The notes under the pieces are model-generated. The model was not told the DNA's origin and did no database searches. It saw only the letters and a list, made by a program, of their open reading frames with translations. DNA of 64,000 nt from Chrysomallon squamiferum. Taxonomy: Eukaryota; Animalia; Mollusca. This document shows, piece after piece, positions 51,382 through 61,330 of the stretch. The stretch spans positions 21,886,001 through 21,950,000 of the forward strand of contig CM022667.1 of assembly GCA_012295275.1 (NCBI GenBank), in the 5' to 3' direction. The position numbers and the translations under genes were made by a program. Positions within the stretch are counted from its first letter, which is position 1; each line of letters begins with the position of its first letter.

Positions 51382-52234
51382 TCTTGTGGCAAACTTTATA
51401 AAAGTTTCTAAGAAATCTAAATTATTTATACGAAAGTCTTAACTTAAGTTCAATGGATTTATTTTACTTTTGTTATTTATTTATTATTCTTCAATAATCG
51501 CTAAGTAAATTTAAAAACAAACAAACAACGAAACAAAACAAAACAAAAAGTGCATTTTTGTACTATTTACTAGAATATCGATATACCTTTTGCCAGTAAC
51601 TGTGATAGATGTATATTGAGATTTATCTCTTGTAAAAATGTATGGTAGTAAACATATTAATGTAATCTCCAAAATTCCATATGTATTATTTCTTACGAAT
51701 AACGTCCTGAAGATTATCAAATTAACCAGTTTATTTAATTTCAAAGGCAATAAGTTGGTTTCTTCACATTCTGACAGCGACGAAAGAGAAAATATCCCCA
51801 TGATTACAGATTCGTACGAGAACCATCAATATCCAACTAAAGTAAGTTACATTGGAAGATAATTGTACTGATGTTTTACGGTAACATATTTCTTGGAGTT
51901 TATCTGTAACATATTTCTTGGATTTTACTGCGATGAATTGTTCTTTTGGCTTGTCAAAAGATCTCTTTTGTCTCTTTTTAGTAACAGCTGACGATTTTTA
52001 AAACAAGGGAGGTAAATACGAAGGCATTAAATTCTTTTATTTTTATGTATTATAATTATATTTTGATCTTAGGATTTTCGGACCAAAGTTGAGCTTCAAA
52101 AGGTACTTTGAATTTAGTAACAGTTATGTTTTGATACATTTTAGTCATCATTTTTAATTTTTTTTTTTTTTATAATATATAAAAATAAAATACTATTTGC
52201 TTTACCTCCCTTGAGTTAAGAAAAACTGTGGTAA

Positions 52235-52278
<44 letters not shown>

Positions 52279-52380
52279 ATAATAATAATAATATCCAAAG
52301 ACAAAACTGGATAATTCAATATATCCAACATAACCTGTGAATTTTTATATGATCATTATGTATGTATGTACACATACACA

Positions 52381-52420
<40 letters not shown>

Positions 52421-52620
52421 TATTTGACATACTTTGTAAAAACTACAGTAATTTGAAAATAAATAATTTAAGAATAAGAAGAAGTTAAATTTTATTTTTA
52501 ATTTCCTTCCAAACAGTGAATTTTACTGCAATGAAAAGATGATTGTAATAATTTATGTTTTCCAGCCCAACATTCCAAAGATTGTTACGGACATATTTAC
52601 AGGTGAAGGTTTGTAAATTT

Positions 52621-52698
<78 letters not shown>

Positions 52699-55037
52699 AA
52701 TAAAGTTATTAATAAAAAAAATAAAAAAAAGTAGGTATAAGTTTTCTGAAAGTCAATGCACACCAAAAACAAAAAAGTTTCAACATAGCACTAATTTTGG
52801 TCTTGATGTCAGAATTAATTTCAGACTATTTTGCCAAGTGACTGTGACCTCTATGTTTATTTTAAATCTTATTAAAATGATTCCACATATTACAGTACAT
52901 GTGGAAATTAATGTATTTGCTCAGACTGACCAGTTTTTGTGGACTGGTGCATGCGGTGTGAAATTTTCAATGAACAGAAAGGGATGAGGAAAAACATAGC
53001 CAATAACACCATAACATACTGTGGTTTATTTGAAAAGGTACAGATTTGGAAATGACTTACTTTCATTCAAAAACATTAAGCATTTTATTGACTTTTTATC
53101 AGTATCTCATGTAACCTCCCTGCACATGAACAGCTGCTTCAAGATGCCACCTTATTCCTTGGATCAATCTTTGGATTTGATTTTGATAAATCCTGTTCCA
53201 GTCCTCATGCAAAACAGCAGTCAGATCACTGAGGGTCTGGACGTGTTGGTTTCTGTCAAACACTACATGCTAAAATGTCCCACAGATGTTAGTGGGATTC
53301 AGATCTCGACTCATGCTGGCCATGGAATGGTCTTAGCAGCATTCTGTTGCAAGAACTGGTTGATAGAATGTGCTAGATGAGGCTTTCCAATGCAATGCAT
53401 GATAATGGCATGCTTGATAATGATTGTCTCTCATTAGGATCTCATGTTGATATTGATGCCCCTCAAGGTAACCACTGTTGTTTTAAAGATGTGCTAAAGT
53501 TCCATGAACAGTAAGTGCCTAACATGCCAATAATTTGCCATATTGTAGCCTCTGACCATTTACAATGTGCCATGACAATTATGGAACTGAATATTCAGTG
53601 CAAACGGACAGGAGAGAGAGTGACATTTCATGTGCATTGTTCATCCTTACACATACATTTAATATCTCTGTAAATTCATGCTCCTGAAAATAAACCATTC
53701 AGGAAAATGCTCAGCTTTATTCATTCACAGAGTTACAGGTCTGTGAGATGTGTATGTGAATGTATGTGCTTGTGTGTATGTATATGAATATAATTGTTTT
53801 CACTAAGATAAAAAAATAAAAATAAACAGAAGCAAAAGCAAAAGTTATATAATCTGAAGTATTTTAAAAACATTATTTATTTTTATTTTTCAGTGAAGGA
53901 TAATTCTGATCATACTCTTGATCAGGATCTTAAAAATATTGATACACATGATTTAATAGGTGTGCCACAAATGAGTAAATCCAGTGTTACTGCCATGGAA
54001 ACAGGTACCTTGTTTGATATAATTTAAAAACATCAAAAAGTTCATGTACATATTTTTTGGTTACTGTGAGGACATTTTTCTTTTTTCATAGTAAGCTAAA
54101 TTTTATATGTTTTTGTTTCAGAATCAGTTATTGAAGATGGGTCATTTCCAACAGATCATTACACTGGAGCACCAAGCAAACATCTGATCAATATATCTGA
54201 AACCTATAATTCTGTCCTCAGTTTCATGAGAGATACGGCCAAAGATGACAGCTCATTAATTCAGCCTGGAGGTATCTTTCATAAATTATTTTTAATATTG
54301 AAAACAGTGGATCCTAGTTTTTCCAAATCAAATTTTGGTTTATTTTATGTTTTTCTGTAGGAAATAATATGAAATGTCTGTCTCCATCAATTTGTTATTT
54401 TATTATGAATAATAAGAAATGATGTAAATGTTTCTAAGACCCATAAACAAAGTATTCAATTTTTATATACATTCTGAATTTTAAATTGTTCAACTGTCTG
54501 CTCAGTTAATACATTAATAGAAATGAAAGCTAATCTATTTATCAAACTTAGCTATTGTTTTTTTATTTATTCCATTCATAATGCATGAGATTGTAATGTA
54601 TCATATGCCAAGTCTTACTGCTTTGAACATTTATTGATAGCTCTTGTTATTTTGTCATTATGTTTAATGACATTTCTAAATTAATGTTATTTTTATTTTT
54701 GTATTATTACTAACAGAAAATGAATTCATTATTCAAATTAAATATCGCAATCTTGATGTTGCTCAACATCAGATTAAGGGTGAGGGTTGTCGTCTGTTTT
54801 ATGGACCAAGCATTGACACTTTTCCATATCCAGAGGAACAGTTCAAAGTAAGATAATTTCTCCTTTGATTATTTAAAAAATTTTGTTTAAAATTTTCCTT
54901 TGGGTCTAACTATATTTGTTACAGTTTTTATTCTATTCAAAACAGTTCTCAGTTAAAAATGAAATTAACAATCAATCAAGATATATATTTTATTTAATTA
55001 TTTATTACTCGCTATTATTCTTTTTATTATTGGTGTA

Positions 55038-55077
<40 letters not shown>

Positions 55078-57419
55078 GACCATAGAAAACTTGTCAGTCA
55101 AATGACATGGTGATATTTCATAACTTTTAGTTTAGTTAATATATACAAACTTCATTTTCACTATTCACGACACAATTAAAAAAAAAAATTATATAAAACT
55201 ATCTGTATAAATGAATGGATGTATACTTCGATCCTGCATTGAGTATCTCTTCTTATGGTACATTTCCAGCCATAAGCATTTGAGATAAAGGAATTTTTTA
55301 TCTGGATTATTATTATTAGTATTATTTTTATATTAAACAGTATTATTGTCTTATTATTACTAATTGCTATTCTTTCAGTAGATCTTTTTCATATTATTAT
55401 TATTTCTATAAATATTTTTCAATCCATTATTATTTGTTATTATTTCTGTAGAAGTTTTATATGTCATTATTATTATAGATGTTTGGTCCACCAAACATGA
55501 CACAAATACACTTCCCCCTGTGCACCTTACTGACAAATAGCAAACAAGAACGACTGACAATGCAGCTGCTGAATGTCCTTGATCGTGGTCTTCTGCTTCA
55601 CTGTAAAAATAATGACATCTATGCTACTAGAAAATGCAGGTGAAAAAACCTAATATAACTTTAACATTACCAACTACCATGTCATAAATGTTAACATTAA
55701 CAGTAGGATTTGTGTCTGTGCAGTTAGTTATCTTTTCATTCCAGCTATGGCAGGTTTATCAAAAGATATATTGTTCTGTCTACAGGGAGGAAAATATAAA
55801 TATTAATCATCAAGACTATTCTACAGAACTGAGGCAGCAGATATTTTCTGTCATGTCATCATTTTGAAATACAAAACTATTAATAAAGTATAAAATATAA
55901 TAGACAAAAACAGATAATAATTTGTTATTTCAGCTGAACCTATTGTTATAATTTTGGTTATTTTTGTTGTTATTTATTTTCTTTCTTTTTTTTAATTGTA
56001 GATTGGTAATTTTTGTTGTTCCGGCAAACTCAGAAAATCGCCAGCCAAAAAAACTGAAGCGAGACAGTGAACCTATGAAAATCTTTGACTATGCACTGTT
56101 TATGGACTGTTTACAGAAATATGTCTGTGGTCAACTCAAGGAACCTCCCACAGCTGAAGTTCTCATTGGATTTGGACAAGACTGGAAATCAGAAACTAAC
56201 CCAACAAACAACCTTCTCATTTCTGCATCTGTTTTTCATTCACTGGCTTTTTACTATTTAGCTAAGGTAATTTTCATAATGATAACCATAATGATCATCA
56301 TGATGATGATCAAAATATTGATAATGGTGATGATTGTGGTGATGGAGAAATAATGCAAAGTATAAATATGGACAGACAGACAGGCAGACAAACCAGTAGG
56401 CAGATTCACAGATACATAGATAAATAGATAGACAGTATAAAAAAATCCTTTGAAACTGCAAACATGAATACCAAGTAAAAACAGTGCGAATGGAAATTTA
56501 GAATAATAAAATGTCTGCAAATATATTATAAACAAACTGACCATTCTCTGAAAATAGCCATGGTTAAAGATTTCCAAATTAAAAACAGTACAGGATTTAA
56601 TGGTTTCTACATTATCTTGCAGTGTCATCTGCTGAATGCCATTGATCAGTCCATTTGTAATTCAAGTCAGCTTCAGATTTCCCAGACTGATAGTATGGAT
56701 ATATGTCTTAACAAACAGCGTGATCAGTTGCGTGCATTATATGAGATTTTAAATTTGGAAAAACCTCAGCATATGTAAAAGCAGACCTTTAAGGTCAGTG
56801 AAACAAGAAAGCAAAATTTTTGTTTAATGAAGCACTCAACACTGTTATTCTGTCTGATCATATGGCATTGTAAATAAAGTTAAAGGACCAACTGAGGTTA
56901 AAGAAAACCAAATCCATGCTGTAAACATGCAGTGGGTTATTTCTCTTAATAATGTGTTGGCGCTTAAAGTTAATAGATAATTAAATGTTTAATTACAAAC
57001 ACACAGACACACATATATATAGACAGATAGATAGAAATTTGTATATAGATGCATATAGATAGATATATTTATATATAATGGACACACAAACACACACACA
57101 CTCTGACACATATATCACATGTATATACATGTAGATAAAGAAATATATAGAGATATAGACAGATATTGATATTGATACTGATTTTGGTAATGATGATATC
57201 CAAAAAGAGAAAACAGTTATTTTCAGCAGAAAGTCCATTCACAAAAAGAGAAATATTCAGCTGAAAATCAGTTATTTTTTATTTTTTCAGTTCAAAATCC
57301 TGGATTATCCCTTGGAGATTTCCAAATCAGATGAATGGGATAAACTCACTGACAAACTGAAAGAGCTGGAAATGAAAAAGCATTCCGAATTTGTTTGTTA
57401 CAGAACAGCTATTTCCTAA
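50445..57419 (+). CDS. Interferon regulatory factor (IRF4/8-type DNA-binding domain plus IAD, IRF-4 supergroup) with two alternative last exons
   Basis: Exons: 50445 (acceptor 50420)-50615, 51108-51282, 51747-51841, 52566-52602/52608, 53894-54004, 54122-54271, 54717-54847, 55479-55639, 56002-56266, then either 56623-56778 or 57291-57419. DBD with the five-Trp repeat (RLRPWLEDQIN..GVEWID..FKLPWKHGGKQ..FREWAKHTGRY..NWKTRLRCALNKMPD..EPYRVY). IAD motifs GCRLFYG, LLNVLDRGLLL, DIYATRKCR, KIFDY, LIGFGQDW. Confidence 0.93.
52900..53700 (-). mobile_element. Tc1-family transposase remnant in an IRF intron
   Basis: Minus-strand translation across frameshifts at ~53100-53385: PHLAHSINQFLQQN..IPWPA..RDLNP..WDIL..TLSDLTAVLHEDWNRIYQNQIQRLIQGIRWHLEAAVHVQGGYMRY*, the typical Tc1 C-terminus (WPxxSPDLNPIE...GGYTRY). 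Outer limits are approximate. Confidence 0.8.
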
Positions 57420-58949
57420 ATGAATCCATTCGGATAGTTGTTGGTAAAATATCAGTGTAAAATTGTAATAGACAGCATTTGACAAAGAAGAAGAAATTCA
57501 ATAAGGACAAAATGAGAAAAAGGTTGATTTTGCATTTCAAAAAAATAAAGTAAAAAAACTAAAAATTATATTTATGATGGTTTATTGTTATAATCATTTA
57601 TTTTAAAAAGTTTTATAAAACTATTAATTATTTATATTTTTAAATTTTCTTTTAAATGAGGTGTGGTTTTTATGGTTCTTCTATTTATTTATTTTATTTT
57701 TATCTTTCATATTTTATTTCCTGTGTTGTTGAGTTTGAAGTATTATTAAATTATCTAACCCAGGTAACCTGTGTAAAGATGTGTGCAGTCTTCTATAAAT
57801 ATTTTCTGATATCCAATAAAGTAAATACTAAAACAAAAATGTAAATATACAATTATTGTTTATTTCTCATTGTAACTGCTAATATTTTTTGTTAAACCCA
57901 TTTTACACTTAGAATAATTTTATGTTCTGATTAAACATTTTGTGGAGATTTTTTTTTTTTTTAGTATATAGAACTGTTACGTATTTACTTAATATGCATA
58001 CACCATACTATTTGTTATCTTTATATTTCATAATCAGTTTATAATTGATAATATGTTGTTATATAACTGTGTTGAAATAAAATACAGATTTAACTAATTT
58101 TAGGAAATAGTTTATTATTAATTTTTAAGTTAATACATGGTGTTTAGATAATCTAATCAGTGAACAGATAGATTTTTTTCATTATTTTTTTCAACATGCA
58201 AACATATATCAAAGATTTAAAATTCAGTGGTCAGATTTCTGTGATTTTTTTATTATGGAATACCTTAAGAAATAATAGGTTATTCTTAATAAACTATTTA
58301 ATTATTATAATTTTACAAAATAATAATTAAAGATACATAAACAATTAACATTCTGATAACAGGCAAATTAACCTCTAAATGTTATCTGTTTATATGTTAA
58401 TTAAAGGTTTTTTATAACAGCCATGTATATAGTAGATGCTTGCCTCTCCGCTATATACATTGGAAATAACTATTTATTCTTTAAGTGGTCATATATGTAC
58501 ATATATTATGCAATGTACACTCTCTATTATACAAATATACACAGAAATAAACAAAAATTCTATATATTCCCTTTAATATCATATTCACATCAGTTAATTT
58601 GTCAATATGCCACATGTCAGGAAACCAAACCAGAAAATCAGAATGGAAATTGTCTGAGTCAGGCTACATAATAACTTATTTCTTTTCCATTTCACAGTCT
58701 AACTTAAAAGCACAGTGTGGTTGTATACTACTTTTAGATAGGAACATCATTAGCAACAGTTGGGCAGATTTTTATTTACTGAGCAACTTAAAAAAGTGAT
58801 ATGGATATATTTGTTGAAAAAGTTGACACATTTAATAACAATAAGGTTTTTTTAGCTTTTTTTGAATATCTAAAAACTTGACAGCTTTGTCTGGTTTATA
58901 CTGGGGTTTTATCATATTATATACAAACTTGATAATAGGATCAGATTCA

Positions 58950-61330
58950 GTTTTTGGGGTTAAATTGTCTACACACTTGATAACAATATGTGATTTAAGT
59001 TGACCGTTTGTGTGATTACCTCTCAATTAGACAGCACTGGTGTGAGTTACGTTGTTCTGTAGGAACATCTATACACTTCAATATATGATTTACCTGGACT
59101 GTTTTGTTTGATTATCTAAACAACTTATGTTGATTGCTAATGATAAACTTAAATATATGACTCAGCTTGTTCTGTTAGATTATCTACTCATCCTGTATCA
59201 GAATCTGTACATTGGATAACTGTACCTGGTTTATGTCATTTTGTTTGATTATCTATATACTTGATATTAATTGGGATTTGTTTGTTGGATTACCTAAAAA
59301 CTTGTCTGATTGTTTTGTTCATTCTTAATCATATTGTTCTGTTGTATTATCTGCGTAACAGCCTCTGATGCAGGTACTTTCATGGATTATCTACATATTC
59401 AATAACAGTTTTTCATTTGATTTGAAAACAGAATGTCATTTAGGCTGGATACACTACAAGATTATTTTTTTATAAAGAAGTATTTCAGTCAGATTCTTTT
59501 CTTGATAATCTGCAGACTGTTTCATGTTATATTATCTATACACTAGATAACTGCATCTCATCCTGGTTGTTTTGTCAGTTAACTACACATTGTGGACTGA
59601 TTTGGATTGACTATTTGTCTACACTTTTGAAAGCAGCATCTAATTTAGGATATTTTCATACCTTATCTAGTCAGTAGATAACAGTATCTAATACGATTCT
59701 TTTGTTGAATCAGCTAAATAATATATAAAGTATCTGAACTGGGCAGTTCAGTAACTATCTCTTGTTTTGTTAGATTATCTGCAGACTCAGCAACATCAAG
59801 CAATTTATGTTATTTTCAGATTTTGTCCATACTCTGCAAACAGCATCTATTTGTATCAATTTTGGTGAGTGTTTCTGGATGGTGTATATACTGGATAAAA
59901 GTAATTGAGTTAGATTGCTTTATTTATTATTATTATTATTATCTCTTTTTTTTTTTTGGATTATCTGTTGTATTCAGGGTATTTTATTAGATAATCTCAG
60001 ATTTTCTTTATATTGGTTTATCTATATTCTGAATAAGACAATCTCAGATAGAGTGGCATGTTGACTTACGAGTTTAATTTGTTCTGTGATCGAGCTTGTA
60101 TATCAATTTTCCCAACTGAAATTAATTGAAATACCATTAATCTGTTTCAGCACCCCAAAAACCACCCCATTTTTTTTATAATGTGTTTTTAAATAAGAAA
60201 AATGCATTTATAAATGACAAATATTATAAATTTATGAAAAACAAAATAAAAGAGAATGTAAAGAAATAAATTGGTTTTGTAAAGTGTATTAATCTTGGAG
60301 ATCAGACAAATTATTTTGATGTCTTTGGCTGGAGTTACAGCCTTTATTGACTCCTTCAGCTTCAGTTTGGTATTTTGCTCATACTGCCTAGCCACACTGA
60401 CTACATGCACACCTCGCTTGTGTTTTTCTATGAATTCAAGCTTTAATTCAATGGACATCATCTGCTTCTTCTTCTCAGCACTGTCCTTTGCATTCACATT
60501 CATAGGATCCATGGCCAGAAAAAAAAGAAATTTGGCAAAATACTGCACAAAATGCAAGCACAACACAACAGAGATACTTCTGTGATGAGGTAACCACATG
60601 AAGGAAACAAATGAGATGTGGGATGCTGGCCAGATGTTATGTTGTTCGTTGCACCAACTAGCAGTGGTGTATCTGAAACTCACTCTTAACTCAGATTTTG
60701 GCTCACAACTCAAAGCAAAAAATTGACCGGGAGACTGCTCGTAACTCAAAAAATTTGTAAGTGAGGCACTCTCAAGTCGAGGTACTACTGTACTAGATAA
60801 TATCTGATTTCATCTGATTATTTTGTTAAACTATCTTCATGTTATAAAACATCTCATTCAGCTTGTTGTTTTATTGAATTTATATCTACATACTTCAAAG
60901 GTATGATTTGGATCAGCCATTCGATTATTTATACATTTGGTGCTAATATGAAATTTGGAAAAACCAATGTTTTCATTATCTGTTTCTTGATTCAGGTTTT
61001 GCTGGAATATCTACATACTGGTTGTTGTTTTGTTTGTCTGTCTGCATCCATATCAAATGATTTAGATTGTTTCATTAGTTAACACTATTTCATTTAGGTC
61101 ATTTCATTAGATTATCTGTACACATATAAGCTTAGTTTCTTTTCATAAATTGTTAAATCACTTCATAACAATACCTAATTTTTAATATTTTCTTAGATAA
61201 TCTACACCACTGATAACAGTAGTATATTTATATGTTTGTTTTTTTTAATTTAATTTTTATTTATGATTATCTACACACTAGTTGACAGTTATCTCATGTA
61301 GGTAATTTTATTGCATTATCTACACCCATA
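58950..61330. repeat. Degenerate satellite-like array with a recurring (TTGTTA)GATTATCTAC(A)CAC core, interrupted by a MITE
   Basis: GATTATCT(A/G)-like cores at about 59110, 59178, 59248, 59385, 59531, 59773, 59959, 61110, 61265 and 61316, with weaker variants in between. Confidence 0.6.
60051..60790 (-). mobile_element. Tigger/pogo-family MITE with transposase N-terminal (CENP-B/psq HTH) remnant
   Basis: TA-flanked ends GAGTGGCATGTTGACTTACGAG...CTCAAGTCGAGGTACTACTG. ORF 60189-60749 contains MDPMNVNAKDSAEKKKQMMSIELKLEFIEKHKRGVHVVSVARQY...KESIKAVTPAK, typical of Tigger1-like transposases. Confidence 0.85.

Noticed and set aside
53021-53380. 119-aa plus-strand ORF inside the IRF gene
   Set aside because: Antisense to the Tc1 transposase remnant and does not fit IRF exon phases.
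56774-57291. Splicing of IRF exon A into exon B via AT|GTAAAA
   Set aside because: That donor is phase 2 and would put exon B out of frame, so the exons are better read as alternatives.
60189-60749. 186-aa ORF as a host gene
   Set aside because: Lies wholly inside a Tigger MITE, with only a truncated HTH remnant and no DDE domain.
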